Shown: piece by piece, positions 45,191 through 55,332 of the stretch
How the letters are laid out: every line of letters begins with the position of its first letter
Position numbering within the stretch: position 1 is the stretch's first letter
Virus record (IMG/VR): IMGVR_UViG_3300042890_003920
DNA: 64,000 nucleotides
Direction: 5' to 3' (one strand)
From: a virus
Taxonomy: Duplodnaviria > Heunggongvirae > Uroviricota > Caudoviricetes
Made by a program: the position numbers and the translations under genes
The notes under the pieces: model-generated
The model's input: the letters and a program-made list of their open reading frames with translations, nothing else
Told to the model about the DNA's origin: nothing
Databases searched by the model: none

Positions 45191-47590
45191 ATGAACATTG
45201 TAAAATACTCAGAGTTTCAATATATCAATGAAGAAGGTGGATGGGAAACTATAAAATATGGTTTATCCAAACTTGGTCGTTATAAAGCCAATGGTAAAAT
45301 ACGTGGTAAAGGTGAAACTGATAGAAAAGCTAAAGAAGAAATAGATGAAATAATGAAAGATACTGCAAATGCAGTTATAAAATCTACTTTTGAACAAGTA
45401 AAAAAAGTAGCACCGGAATTTCCTAATGATAGAAAGAGAGCTGTTTTTTTAGAAGGTATTATATTATATGGTCAATTATATGATTCTATTGTTGCTGGTG
45501 CTAATAAAAAGCCAGATGAGAAGGGGTATTTAGATCCAAATATTGCAAATAAACTTATCGAAAATCTAAGAGTAGTTGTTAAAAAAGCGTTAGATACTGA
45601 TTTAAAAGCTGTTTATTCAGTTATGGATTCTAAAGAAAATATTGATTTAGAAAAAGAGGAATTGATTTTTGAAAGATTATTTGCACAACAAGATGAAGAA
45701 GTAAATGAAGAGTTTCTTAAAGGTATTACTAAGTTTAAGGATAAGATGATGGATAAGATGTTTGGTAAAAAAGATGGTGATTCTGAAAAAAGAGTTTCTG
45801 GAACTAGACAATCTGCTAAATTTCAAACTGCTGGTGATGATAAGACTGTTGATAGTGAAAGAATGAAAACTCTAGCATCTAACAAGTTACCTTTAATATT
45901 GGCTGGTGCTGGTGCTGCATTAGGAGCATTAGGTTGGATGGCTCAAACAGAATGGTTTAAAGTTTGGTTACAAAGTATAATAGGTACTACTAAAATTGTA
46001 CAAACCGCTGCGATAACTAAAGATATTGCAGGTAATGCCCCTAAAGAAGGATTTGTTCATTGGGCTAGTCAGCTTGGTGGTCAGGAAATTAAAACGGGTG
46101 CTGATATGCAAGGATTTATCAACAAATTTGGAGCAGAAAATGTTAGTCACATGTTTGATAATAATGGTGGAGGAGATGCTATGGGTCAAGTACAGAAACT
46201 ACAACAAATGGTTAGTTCTGATCCACAGGCTAGTATGGGAGACATATTCAACAAAGCGGATCAAACTTTTGGTGATGCAACAGGTGGACAAAATTTATTT
46301 AGTGTAGATGCGTCAGCAAAATTCTTCGCAACTATTATTGTAAAACAAGGAGTAAAATTTGCAGTAAAAACTGGTGCAGGAGTTGTTGCTGCGGCTGTAG
46401 GATTAGGTCCTATTTTAGCAGCAGTTGGTGTTGGACTAATTACTGGTGGTTTAGTTGTTAAACTTTTGAGAGAAAAAGGATTGAGACAATCAAGAGCAAA
46501 AACTCTTAATGATTTACTTCAATCTTTAAAATTGGTTAAGATTACTTCTGTTAATAGTGATGATGTAAATAAAGGTGATGATGCAAGTAAAGATGATGAT
46601 GCAAGTAAAGATGATGCAAATAAAGGTGATGATAAGGTAGTTGATAGTTCTTCAATTTATAAAATAATGATTAAAAACTTAACAGCACTTAATAGTATGC
46701 TTATAACATATAAAGGAGTTACTCTTGAAGGTGAAGATGATGGTACTAGAAAAGGTGGAGATAATATACCTAAAAGTGATGAAACTGGACTTAAAGTTGG
46801 AAAAGAATATATTTATACTAACAAAGATGGTCAAAAGAAAAGAGTTAAGTTGATTTCTTTGAAAACAAATACACGTCCTGGTGGAGATAAGAAATGGTTA
46901 ACAAGAGACGATGAGAATATAGGACCATTGGCAGATGATAAAGTAGCTGTTTTATTTAAAGATAAACAAGGTGAATTTACAGTTTCGTCTCCAAAGATGG
47001 CTGTTCCTACAAAAAGTTTACAACCAGTTAAGGTTGCTACAACAGAGAGTTTCTTATTTGAAAAACAGTTTACTAAGGGACCAAGAAGATCAGTTGTTAA
47101 TAAAGATGAAGCTTATTTAACACAAGCGGTTCAAAACGTAAGAAAATCTATAAAATCTATTACAGATGAAAAAGATAAAGGTATTGCGATAACAGCAAAC
47201 TTTATTCAAGATATATTAGATGTTAAGATGTCTTCTGATTCAAAAAAACCAATTAAAGATTTATACAAAGAGATATATGAATATCTTTATGGTAAAAAAT
47301 CTCAAACTTTAGGAGAATTTGGTCCTCTTTATAAGGAAAGTATAAATTACTTATTACCTAAAACTTCTCAAAATACACAAGGTGGAAAATTACAAGTTGT
47401 TGCAGAGAAGATTGCTAGACTTTCAAAAAGAACATTACAATTTGAAGGACAAGGATTCTATAGTGGAATAGGAGAGTTTGGTGAAGATCTAAGAGATTTT
47501 AATGAAACACTTAAACAGATTATGGATTATTATAAAAATAATGGAAACACAAATGAAAGTAGAATAGTTTCATTTACAAACTTTAAATAA
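45191..47590 (+). CDS. large hypothetical protein with TM/Gly-Ala-rich segments and KDDDAS tandem repeats (virion or membrane protein?)
   Basis: 799-aa ORF; strong terminator follows. Confidence 0.6.
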   Translation: MNIVKYSEFQYINEEGGWETIKYGLSKLGRYKANGKIRGKGETDRKAKEEIDEIMKDTANAVIKSTFEQVKKVAPEFPNDRKRAVFLEGIILYGQLYDSIVAGANKKPDEKGYLDPNIANKLIENLRVVVKKALDTDLKAVYSVMDSKENIDLEKEELIFERLFAQQDEEVNEEFLKGITKFKDKMMDKMFGKKDGDSEKRVSGTRQSAKFQTAGDDKTVDSERMKTLASNKLPLILAGAGAALGALGWMAQTEWFKVWLQSIIGTTKIVQTAAITKDIAGNAPKEGFVHWASQLGGQEIKTGADMQGFINKFGAENVSHMFDNNGGGDAMGQVQKLQQMVSSDPQASMGDIFNKADQTFGDATGGQNLFSVDASAKFFATIIVKQGVKFAVKTGAGVVAAAVGLGPILAAVGVGLITGGLVVKLLREKGLRQSRAKTLNDLLQSLKLVKITSVNSDDVNKGDDASKDDDASKDDANKGDDKVVDSSSIYKIMIKNLTALNSMLITYKGVTLEGEDDGTRKGGDNIPKSDETGLKVGKEYIYTNKDGQKKRVKLISLKTNTRPGGDKKWLTRDDENIGPLADDKVAVLFKDKQGEFTVSSPKMAVPTKSLQPVKVATTESFLFEKQFTKGPRRSVVNKDEAYLTQAVQNVRKSIKSITDEKDKGIAITANFIQDILDVKMSSDSKKPIKDLYKEIYEYLYGKKSQTLGEFGPLYKESINYLLPKTSQNTQGGKLQVVAEKIARLSKRTLQFEGQGFYSGIGEFGEDLRDFNETLKQIMDYYKNNGNTNESRIVSFTNFK
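46562..46636 (+). repeat. 18-bp imperfect tandem repeat encoding KDDDASKDDDASKDDANKGDD
   Basis: seen directly. Confidence 0.7.
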
Positions 47591-47591
47591 T

Positions 47592-47622
47592 AAAAAAGCC
47601 TCGAAATATCGAGGCTTTTTTT
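47592..47622. terminator. bidirectional rho-independent terminator
   Basis: gcctcg-aaatat-cgaggc hairpin with A-run and T-run. Confidence 0.85.
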
Positions 47623-47983
47623 ATTGTATATAATGTATTCTTGTTATTTTTATTGTTACATCGGTTGCTCCTTTAACTAAACAACCCATTGTAACTTGTA
47701 CTTCTTTACCGGGTTCAATTGGTTTACTTGTATCTATTGTAAATGTATTACCTGAACTCCACTGCTCATCTTTTTTTATTTCTTTAACATCACCAAACTT
47801 ATCAACAAAAGTTGCAGTCCATTCGATTGCATCAATTGTTTTATTAGAGTTATTCTTCATTGTGGCATGATAACCAATTACTCTACCGAAACTTCTTTGA
47901 GTAGAGATTTTAATTACTTCAATCTGTGCGAATGATGTAAGCGAAAATAATAATGTGAATAGTAAGTATTTAATTGATTTCAT
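47621..47983 (-). CDS. secreted hypothetical protein
   Basis: signal peptide; -7 box TATCTTTG at 48004..48011. Confidence 0.55.
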   Translation of the reverse strand: MKSIKYLLFTLLFSLTSFAQIEVIKISTQRSFGRVIGYHATMKNNSNKTIDAIEWTATFVDKFGDVKEIKKDEQWSSGNTFTIDTSKPIEPGKEVQVTMGCLVKGATDVTIKITRIHYIQ

Positions 47984-48038
47984 ATTTGTTAGTTTTTAGA
48001 TTACAAAGATAAGTAAATAATTTATATAAAAAAAATTA

Positions 48039-48296
48039 TTATTGAATTCTTATAAAATCTCCTTCTTGTAAACTCTGATCTTGTATATCATCAACATGTA
48101 TCATTTTATCTTTTTTAAAGACTACTACTCTGTCACTATCTGGATTTATTGGATTTACCATATCACCTTTTAGCTTAACAACTATACCTGTATTTTCTTC
48201 AAGTATAAGTGAGAGTGTTCTTCCAAAAATTAAAGCAGAGTTTAACCAATCTTTTGGTGTATCTGGTTCATCACTATTTGGTCTTGTATAATTCAT
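48039..48296 (-). CDS. hypothetical protein
   Basis: ORF 85 aa. Confidence 0.45.
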   Translation of the reverse strand: MNYTRPNSDEPDTPKDWLNSALIFGRTLSLILEENTGIVVKLKGDMVNPINPDSDRVVVFKKDKMIHVDDIQDQSLQEGDFIRIQ

Positions 48297-48305
48297 TTTA
48301 TATTT

Positions 48306-48464
48306 ATATTATTGTTCCCATTCCTAACCATTGTTCTTTATCACAATGTTTACACTTATGTAAGTTAGTGAAGCTGATCTGTTCTCCTTTTCCCGGAATT
48401 GGAGTTATTGGACGTATGTTCTTCCAATTATGAAATCCAAAAAAACATTTTATTTTATTTATCA
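48306..48464 (-). CDS. 52-aa Cys/His-rich small protein (MINKIKCFFGFHNW…HKCKHCDKEQW)
   Basis: open frame in an otherwise unannotated gap. Confidence 0.35.
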
Positions 48465-48466
48465 TA

Positions 48467-48637
48467 TTATTTTTTTTTATTGGTTAAAGGTATTAAAATT
48501 TCGTAATAATGGTAAAATATGTCATTATCTACTGCATAATGTGATAGTTTTATCTCACCACGAACTATTCTATTACTTATTTCTATACGTTTTTCTATGT
48601 TAGCACTACTTTCTAATCTTATATACTTCAATACCAT
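48467..48637 (-). CDS. hypothetical small protein (start MVLKYIRLES)
   Basis: -7 box TATATTTG (48664..48671) about 20 nt upstream; longer ORF-track form would cover the divergent promoter region. Confidence 0.4.
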   Translation of the reverse strand: MVLKYIRLESSANIEKRIEISNRIVRGEIKLSHYAVDNDIFYHYYEILIPLTNKKK

Positions 48638-48720
48638 ATTAGTTGATTTTATATTTATAAATGCAAATATACAAAAAATAATATTTTTTTTAATATATAC
48701 ATTATAAAAAAAAGTAAAAA

Positions 48721-50202
48721 ATGATATACCCAGGAACCTTCTCTTTAACACTTAGAGAAACAGAAGAAACAAGATTATCCGTTAAGCAAATGGATGACAA
48801 TTTAAAATTTTTAAACAACTTAGCTGATTCAGGTGGAAGTGGAACATCTGGTTCTTCTGGAACATCTGGTTCTTCTGGAACATCTGGTTCTTCTGGAACA
48901 TCTGGAGAACAAGGAATTCAAGGAGTTCAAGGTAATCAAGGTGGGCAAGGTATTGAAGGTCCAGTTGGTGTTTCGGGTTTAACTTGGCAAGGTTCTTGGA
49001 GTAATAACTCTTTATATGATATGAATGATGCTGTCGGTTATGCGTCAGCTTCTTGGTGGTGTGTTGCGACAGTTAGTTCAACAGCATCTGTAATAGCACC
49101 AGATTTAGATATAACAAATATAAATTGGACATTATTGGCCGCTCAAGGATCTCAAGGCCCAATGGGTGCACAAGGTGTTCAAGGACCAACAGGACCTCAA
49201 GGTATTCAAGGACCAACAGGACCTGGAGGATCTTCTACACAAACTTATGGTATAATGTCTCTTAATACAAACAATCCGAATGGAGAAACACTTGCGTATG
49301 ATATAAATAGAATTACTGCATTGGTAACTTGTCCAGTACGTTTACCAGCTTCAGCTCCAATAGGAAAAGAAATAAGTGTTTTTTCAGAAGTAAGTAGTGC
49401 TAGTGTAACAATATTCGGTGATAGTGTATTAAGTCTACCATTTCCATTCTTAATGGGTTCTGCAAATCAACAAACAGGTGCATTTTCAATTTTTGCTGGG
49501 GAGTCCTACGTATTTACTAGTTTGGGAAATGGTTTATGGAAAGTTAATAGCATATCTAAAACTATAATGTCTGGCTCTTCTGCTAGAACAAATGCCACAA
49601 GTACCACGATAAATGCAACAAATGTGTCTGTTTTGAATATAAATAATTCAGAAGGAAATATATTATCTAAAGATTCACTGAGATTTAGAAGAGACAATGG
49701 CTCTGGAACTAATAAATATATTGATTTATTAGTTCCTACTAACATTACTAATGATAGAACTATTACATTTCCAGACGCTACAGGTACTGTTGCTTTGACA
49801 AGTGCTATAGTTACTAAATCTGTGAAAGTAACGTTATCTTCTGCTGATTTATTAGGTTTAAATACAACTCCAAAAGTAATAATACCTGCGGTCTCAGGAA
49901 AGATTATAATTCCAACTCATATGTATCAAAATTATACATACAATAGTGCAAGTTATAATGTAAGTTCAAACGCTACTATTGGTTACCAAGGATTCAGTCC
50001 TCTATCACAAGTCGCATATGCACAAGTTGGTCTTACAATTACACCGTCTACAGATTCTTTTGCTATTAATGCACTATTTATGAGTTGGGTAACTTCTCAA
50101 TCATTAGTTAACACAAACATAACATTAGTATCTTCTACTGCAATAACATCCGGTAATGGTACACTGGATGTTTATGTGACATATTTTGAAATCGATGCAT
50201 AA
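48721..50202 (+). CDS. collagen-like repeat fibre protein, 493 aa
   Basis: GSSGTSGSSGTSG… and GEQGIQGVQGNQGGQGIEGPVG triplets; N-terminus related to 267..2075. Confidence 0.7.
   Translation: MIYPGTFSLTLRETEETRLSVKQMDDNLKFLNNLADSGGSGTSGSSGTSGSSGTSGSSGTSGEQGIQGVQGNQGGQGIEGPVGVSGLTWQGSWSNNSLYDMNDAVGYASASWWCVATVSSTASVIAPDLDITNINWTLLAAQGSQGPMGAQGVQGPTGPQGIQGPTGPGGSSTQTYGIMSLNTNNPNGETLAYDINRITALVTCPVRLPASAPIGKEISVFSEVSSASVTIFGDSVLSLPFPFLMGSANQQTGAFSIFAGESYVFTSLGNGLWKVNSISKTIMSGSSARTNATSTTINATNVSVLNINNSEGNILSKDSLRFRRDNGSGTNKYIDLLVPTNITNDRTITFPDATGTVALTSAIVTKSVKVTLSSADLLGLNTTPKVIIPAVSGKIIIPTHMYQNYTYNSASYNVSSNATIGYQGFSPLSQVAYAQVGLTITPSTDSFAINALFMSWVTSQSLVNTNITLVSSTAITSGNGTLDVYVTYFEIDA
48841..48906 (+). 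repeat. perfect 18-bp microsatellite (ggaacatctggttcttct) x3.6 in collagen-like gene
   Basis: seen directly. Confidence 0.9.
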
Positions 50203-50222
50203 TTTCCAACATCATAATAAAT

Positions 50223-50251
50223 AAAAAAGAGACTTAAAAGTCTCTTTTTTA
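50223..50251. terminator. bidirectional rho-independent terminator
   Basis: agagac-ttaaaa-gtctct hairpin flanked by A-run and T-run. Confidence 0.8.
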
Positions 50252-50512
50252 TTTTATAAATTGTACTAGTAATGTTGGTACACAACCTAACATTGTCCAA
50301 ACCCAATCCATAAAATCTGGAGTTGAACCTGGTGTATATTTATCATGTAGTTCTTTTAATGCAGCAATCACTGCTACTACAATCAAAGAGTATAAAACTG
50401 GTTCGATATGTAGTAATGTAAATAAAACACATGATAGTGAATAAATTACCGCACCATATGCAAAATGGTTTGCTTTGTCTTCTACGATAACCGGTAATGG
50501 TAGTCTTTTCAT
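50249..50512 (-). CDS. small membrane protein
   Basis: -7 box TATCTTTG at 50530..50537. Confidence 0.5.
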   Translation of the reverse strand: MKRLPLPVIVEDKANHFAYGAVIYSLSCVLFTLLHIEPVLYSLIVVAVIAALKELHDKYTPGSTPDFMDWVWTMLGCVPTLLVQFIK

Positions 50513-50578
50513 ATTTTTGATTTGATTTACAAAGATACTAATTAAGATTTATAAAATCTATTTTTAATATATAATTTT

Positions 50579-51019
50579 ATGAAATATTTAAAACCATTTA
50601 ATGAATCACTTAAAGAAGAAACTGAATTGTTACAGGAGTTCTGTGATCTTAACTTGGCTTATCTTGTTGATGACGGTTTTAAAACTACAATAGAATCTGA
50701 TAATTATTCAAAAAGTCTTTACTTTACTAAAAACTATGATGGTAGGTTGTATTATAGTGATACATTCGAGTGGGATGAAATCAAGAATACGTTTATTCCT
50801 TTTCTGACATTATTAGAAAGAAGATATGGTGAGTACTATAAATTAGGTGAAAGTAGATTTAGATTACTTACGATAACGTATATTGAGTTTAATGATGCCG
50901 GTGAGAGAAATGGATTAAACACTGACAATATTTCATTAGATGATATAATAGATGTCAATGATGGTAATGTAGGTATTGATTCAATCGTATGTATAAAAAT
51001 TACATTAAGAAAGAAATGA
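50579..51019 (+). CDS. family-A protein
   Basis: MKYLKPFNES…EFCDLNLAYLVDDG…FEWDEIKNTFIPFL. Confidence 0.65.
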   Translation: MKYLKPFNESLKEETELLQEFCDLNLAYLVDDGFKTTIESDNYSKSLYFTKNYDGRLYYSDTFEWDEIKNTFIPFLTLLERRYGEYYKLGESRFRLLTITYIEFNDAGERNGLNTDNISLDDIIDVNDGNVGIDSIVCIKITLRKK

Positions 51020-51438
51020 TGTATTTAAAACGTTTTAATGAAGCTTCTTTCTTACCAAAAGACATAAGTGAACTGCAATATTTTTGTGAGAATTATTTAG
51101 CTTATTTACTGGATGAAGGATTTGGTATTCGTGTTAGACATGGTTCTCGTGAAGATAGAGCTCGTATAGAGTTTTATAAAGATGATGTACACTTTCCAGT
51201 TCCTTTTAACTGGAATGATGTTAAAGATCATTATATTCCTTTTTATCAAATGCTATCTAAAGAATATGAGATTAGTACAATGAGAAATTGTTCTGTTAAG
51301 TTTGAATATAGAAAACCTGCTAAACAATTATGGGAAACAGAAGCAAAATGGTTCACAGAAGAAGAAATAATAAATGATGAAGTAGGTGACTTGGGTAGTT
51401 ATGTTGGAGTCATTTCAATTTTCTTAGACAATAATTAA
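51016..51438 (+). CDS. family-A protein (start MMYLKRFNEAS)
   Basis: ATGATG overlap with previous stop; family motifs. Confidence 0.65.
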   Translation: MMYLKRFNEASFLPKDISELQYFCENYLAYLLDEGFGIRVRHGSREDRARIEFYKDDVHFPVPFNWNDVKDHYIPFYQMLSKEYEISTMRNCSVKFEYRKPAKQLWETEAKWFTEEEIINDEVGDLGSYVGVISIFLDNN

Positions 51439-51447
51439 ATATAGATT

Positions 51448-51621
51448 ATGAAATACTTAAAAAGTTTTAATGAAATGATTGAAGTACCAATCAAAGTTGG
51501 TGACACTGTTCTTTCGGGAAAATTCAAGAACAAGAAAGTCGTTGTTAAAAAGATTTCTAAAAATAAAAAAGGTGACATCACTATAAATGATAAACCATTA
51601 TTAAGATTTAGAATAATATAA
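51448..51621 (+). CDS. 57-aa protein with family-A N-terminus (MKYLKSFNEM) and KOW-like GDTV…KKVVVKKI segment
   Basis: short ORF below track cutoff. Confidence 0.4.
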   Translation: MKYLKSFNEMIEVPIKVGDTVLSGKFKNKKVVVKKISKNKKGDITINDKPLLRFRII

Positions 51622-51822
51622 TTATAAACTTAGTAACTTATCTATTTGTTTCTTTCTAAACTCTGAAATTGATATAAATTGTTCACGTCTTCCGATTACA
51701 CGTGGTCTTGAATCCCAACCATAAACATAAACATGAGTAGTGTACTCAGATGAGGCAGCATCGTATTTTTTACCGGTTCTTATATCAACTACTTTAAATG
51801 TTTGTCTCATATTACTCATCAA
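51622..51822 (-). CDS. family-B-tail small protein (…FRKKQIDKLLSL)
   Basis: tail motif. Confidence 0.5.
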   Translation of the reverse strand: MMSNMRQTFKVVDIRTGKKYDAASSEYTTHVYVYGWDSRPRVIGRREQFISISEFRKKQIDKLLSL

Positions 51823-52039
51823 GTATTATATTTAATTTATCCTCTCTTGCTTGTTGTATTGATATAAATCTCTGTGGTCCATAAAGACCAGGGTTTCCAA
51901 CATCATTTTTAATAGTTATCACACCATCATACTTAACCGCAAAAACTTCATATTGTTTTCCGATGGTTAGTGCTGGTTGATAATGAGTATCAGTGTTATT
52001 GATACAAACTATAAAATCTCCTTTATTGAACATATACAA
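51812..52039 (-). CDS. family-B small protein (…AREDKLNIILDE)
   Basis: tail motif. Confidence 0.55.
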   Translation of the reverse strand: MYMFNKGDFIVCINNTDTHYQPALTIGKQYEVFAVKYDGVITIKNDVGNPGLYGPQRFISIQQAREDKLNIILDE

Positions 52040-52048
52040 ATATACAAA

Positions 52049-52288
52049 TTAAATTCCTAATTCATTTAATTTTTTTTCACGTACTTCTTGTAAATCCTGG
52101 AATTGACTTGTATTTAAAGAAGCTGGATAATCATTTACTTTTCTATATTTATCATCATCACATTTCATGATAAAAGATTTATGTGGTTTAAAATATGAAT
52201 CATAAATAGTAGGACCTGCTTCTAGATCATAAATTTGACCAGCCGTTATAAAGTATCCGGGTAAAGTTTCTATAGCGACTAGTCTCAT
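52049..52288 (-). CDS. family-B small protein (…VREKKLNELGI)
   Basis: tail motif. Confidence 0.55.
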   Translation of the reverse strand: MRLVAIETLPGYFITAGQIYDLEAGPTIYDSYFKPHKSFIMKCDDDKYRKVNDYPASLNTSQFQDLQEVREKKLNELGI

Positions 52289-52292
52289 TTAT

Positions 52293-52481
52293 TTATTTTT
52301 TAGATGGTGTTACATGTAATTTGTACATACTTCCGTTGTAAACGATATAGCTTTGTTCAACTACATTAGTTTTTACCCATACTTGGGTTGTTCCTTCTTG
52401 ACCTTCAAATGGTTTTGTTGTCAATTTTTCGTCTGTGATTTTAATAGTTCCTTTCATATGTATTATACAAAAATACGACAA
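52293..52481 (-). CDS. hypothetical small protein
   Basis: ORF 62 aa. Confidence 0.4.
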   Translation of the reverse strand: MSYFCIIHMKGTIKITDEKLTTKPFEGQEGTTQVWVKTNVVEQSYIVYNGSMYKLHVTPSKK

Positions 52482-52517
52482 TTAGTTTTACTAAAAAATA
52501 TTTTTTATATATACTAA

Positions 52518-52937
52518 ATGAAGTACTTGAAAACATTTAACGAAGGTTTATCCGATTTAACTTATTTAGAGATTTTAGATTTTTGTGAAGAAAACTTAGC
52601 TTATTTAATGGATGATGGTTTTAATGTTAGTGTACAGTCTGATAGATTTATGGATGAAATAGATTGGGAAGTAAGATTGAGAAATGATGAGAATCTTAAA
52701 TGGGATTATATTGAAAATCATTTAGTTCCGTTTTTTATACATTTAGATAAAGAATTTGAACTATGTAATATATCCAGTACTCATTCAGAATTAGAATTTT
52801 TTGTACGAGAATATGGTATAAATCACGGTTATAAGTGGCTTTCTATAAAAGATTTACTAAATCATGAAGGTGATTATGATAAATTAGTCGGTAATGTAGT
52901 AGAAAGTATAACATTTTATATAAAAAGTAGAAAATAA
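52518..52937 (+). CDS. family-A protein
   Basis: MKYLKTFNEG…DFCEENLAYLMDDG…LKWDYIENHLVPFF. Confidence 0.65.
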   Translation: MKYLKTFNEGLSDLTYLEILDFCEENLAYLMDDGFNVSVQSDRFMDEIDWEVRLRNDENLKWDYIENHLVPFFIHLDKEFELCNISSTHSELEFFVREYGINHGYKWLSIKDLLNHEGDYDKLVGNVVESITFYIKSRK

Positions 52938-53362
52938 TGAGATATATTAAGACATTTGAAGCAGATAATTGGTGGGTTGATAAGGTTGATAAAACTGAAT
53001 TAAAATCATTTGCGGAGTCATATTTAGCATATTTAATGGACGAAGGTTTTGTAATAGGTATAAATTTAGATCGTCATGAAGATGATGCTGCGGTTGATTT
53101 ACATTTAACTAATCCAGATAATACGATATATGAGAACGATATACCTTTTTTATGGGAAGATATAAAAGATCATTTTATTCCGTTTATGACAATGTTTAGT
53201 AAGAAATATAGTTTTTCTGTTTTGAAGTTATATGCTTCTCCTGGTTCTGAGGTTAGATCATTTAGATCGGGAACTGATAGTTTATTCCGTTTATTATCCG
53301 ATAGATTTGAAGTTGAAGAAGAGTTAAGAGAAATAGAAATAAGTAATATAAGAAGAGTATAA
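52937..53362 (+). CDS. family-A protein
   Basis: MRYIKTFEAD…FAESYLAYLMDEG…WEDIKDHFIPFM. Confidence 0.6.
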   Translation: MRYIKTFEADNWWVDKVDKTELKSFAESYLAYLMDEGFVIGINLDRHEDDAAVDLHLTNPDNTIYENDIPFLWEDIKDHFIPFMTMFSKKYSFSVLKLYASPGSEVRSFRSGTDSLFRLLSDRFEVEEELREIEISNIRRV

Positions 53363-53823
53363 TGAAATATTTAAAAAGATTTAACGAGTCTCGTCATGAA
53401 ATACTTACCAATCCTAAAAGATTTACTTTTGAATTTCAGGAAGGGTTAAAAGATTTCTGTGAAACACATTTAGCTTATTTAGTTGATGATGGTTATTCAA
53501 TTAAGGTTGCTACTAATACTATGTCATTAAAAAGATTTGATGAACAAAATGATAATCAAATTTATGCTAGTTTAGTTGATTGTGGTGAAGAGATTGTTGA
53601 TACTATAGATGATCCACGTAACTTTAATTGGGATAATATAAAAAATAGTTTCATACCATTTATCCAACACTTATCTAAACAATATAATATAGGTAAAATT
53701 TATGTGTATGGATATTCACAGAATGGTGAGGAAATGTTATCTTATACTTATACACTACAACAAGTATTAGATGATGATAATATTGCACCAGTAATTTACT
53801 CTATATTTTTAAGGATTGACTAA
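53362..53823 (+). CDS. family-A protein
   Basis: MKYLKRFNES…DFCETHLAYLVDDG…FNWDNIKNSFIPFI. Confidence 0.65.
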   Translation: MKYLKRFNESRHEILTNPKRFTFEFQEGLKDFCETHLAYLVDDGYSIKVATNTMSLKRFDEQNDNQIYASLVDCGEEIVDTIDDPRNFNWDNIKNSFIPFIQHLSKQYNIGKIYVYGYSQNGEEMLSYTYTLQQVLDDDNIAPVIYSIFLRID

Positions 53824-53991
53824 CAATCCTTTTTTTATTTATATAATTTATGTATATTTGTAAATTATGAAAGAAGAAAGTAAAACTTGGATAGAAGTAA
53901 AGCAATCACAACTTGATCTATTAAATAAAAAATTTGGTATTGCATTAAAGTTAGTTAAAAGAAAACAAGCTATTAGAAAATTATTTGGAAT

Positions 53992-54207
53992 ATGAAGTAT
54001 GTAAAGTGTTTATATGTTGAAATTGGTTCAAGACTAACGGTAAATAAAATCTATGAAGTATTTAATCACCTTGTAATTGGTGATGATAGTTATGTTGAAA
54101 TTATAGATAATACTGGTGATAGATCTACGTATTTAGTAAATAAAGATTGGTTTGAAGATGCGAGTGCAGAAATAAGAGATAAGAAATTAAATGATTTAGG
54201 AATATGA
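53992..54207 (+). CDS. family-B small protein (MKYVKCLYVE…IRDKKLNDLGI)
   Basis: family motifs. Confidence 0.6.
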   Translation: MKYVKCLYVEIGSRLTVNKIYEVFNHLVIGDDSYVEIIDNTGDRSTYLVNKDWFEDASAEIRDKKLNDLGI

Positions 54208-54521
54208 AATTAAGTACTACAAACCAAACAATCAAAGATGATTTACAATCATTTGTAGATGGAACTTATGATGGTATTTTAACACCAGAACAATTAAAAA
54301 TGGCACTTGAATTATCATTCTTATTTAATCATATTACTACTGATATAGATACAATTATATTCGAGTATGATACTTTTAAAGTAAAGGTTTCTGGTGTTCA
54401 TGACTTACCTTTTGAGTACTCAGAGGAAACGGTTATACATACTATAATAAAAGAAGAAGGTTTTAAATCCGCATTAAAACAATTTATTAGAGATAATAGA
54501 ATTACAAAATTATTACAATGA
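54204..54521 (+). CDS. hypothetical protein (tail …RDNRITKLLQ)
   Basis: ORF 105 aa. Confidence 0.5.
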   Translation: MKLSTTNQTIKDDLQSFVDGTYDGILTPEQLKMALELSFLFNHITTDIDTIIFEYDTFKVKVSGVHDLPFEYSEETVIHTIIKEEGFKSALKQFIRDNRITKLLQ

Positions 54522-54778
54522 TATTATCAAGAGATCAAAATTATAAAGTAGGAGACTTAGTAAATAACACTAGTGTTCATATGAATGAGCAAGCAATTGT
54601 TTTAAAAGTTCATGAGAATGAAGGTTTCTATAGTAGATGTTTAATTGAGTATCAACATTCACTAACAGTTCAAGGAAGAAAAGTTCAAAGTTGGGTCAGT
54701 GCTAAAGATTTAAGATATGATTTACAATTTTTAAGAGATAAAAAGTTAGAAGTAATTTTACAATCTACATCCTTATGA
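54518..54778 (+). CDS. family-B-tail protein (…LRDKKLEVILQST)
   Basis: tail motif. Confidence 0.5.
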   Translation: MILSRDQNYKVGDLVNNTSVHMNEQAIVLKVHENEGFYSRCLIEYQHSLTVQGRKVQSWVSAKDLRYDLQFLRDKKLEVILQSTSL

Positions 54779-54954
54779 AACTATGTAAGATAACTGGACA
54801 CTTTTGGAAACACAACTATGAACTTATAAAAAAGGATGATCCTATTTTAACAGAGGTTAGAATTTGTAGCTTCTGTAAAAGAAAAGATATTATAGTTGAA
54901 CCAACTCTAGCAGATAAACGAGATATGAAGTTAAGACAATTAGGAATAAAGTAA
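54775..54954 (+). CDS. 59-aa CxxC…CxxC protein with family-B tail (…RDMKLRQLGIK)
   Basis: ATGA overlap with previous gene; below track cutoff. Confidence 0.4.
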   Translation: MKLCKITGHFWKHNYELIKKDDPILTEVRICSFCKRKDIIVEPTLADKRDMKLRQLGIK

Positions 54955-54981
54955 TTGGTTTACTATTTTACTAACTCGTAT

Positions 54982-55332
54982 TTAATAGAAAAAGTCGTCA
55001 AGGGTTGATTTTTTATTATAGTACTCTTTCTCTAACCTTTGTTGTTCTAATAGTTGTTGTATTTTTTTATTCTCAACTATACTAGCAACTTTCTTGTCAC
55101 GTACCAATACGGTGGTCGTATAACAATCTTTATCAATTTTATGACTTCTTCCTACAACCGAATAAGTTTCTTCACCTAAAGTGATTATTTCGTCGTTATT
55201 AGGTATTGGTATTGGATAATCAGATTCAATTTCAGTAACTATATCTTGTGAAACTAAATCTAATTTATAATCTCTGATTTCATCTTTCTCAAGTCCGTTA
55301 TAATCAAACTCTATTTGTAATTTATATTTCAT
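54982..55332 (-). CDS. hypothetical protein
   Basis: ORF 116 aa. Confidence 0.5.
   Translation of the reverse strand: MKYKLQIEFDYNGLEKDEIRDYKLDLVSQDIVTEIESDYPIPIPNNDEIITLGEETYSVVGRSHKIDKDCYTTTVLVRDKKVASIVENKKIQQLLEQQRLEKEYYNKKSTLDDFFY

Noticed and set aside
48467-48751. Full 94-aa ORF-track form of 48467..48751
   Set aside because: The N-terminal 38 aa would span the divergent promoter region, which holds a host -7 box at 48664 and the TAATATATACATT motif at 48690. A shorter form from MVLKYIRLES was adopted.
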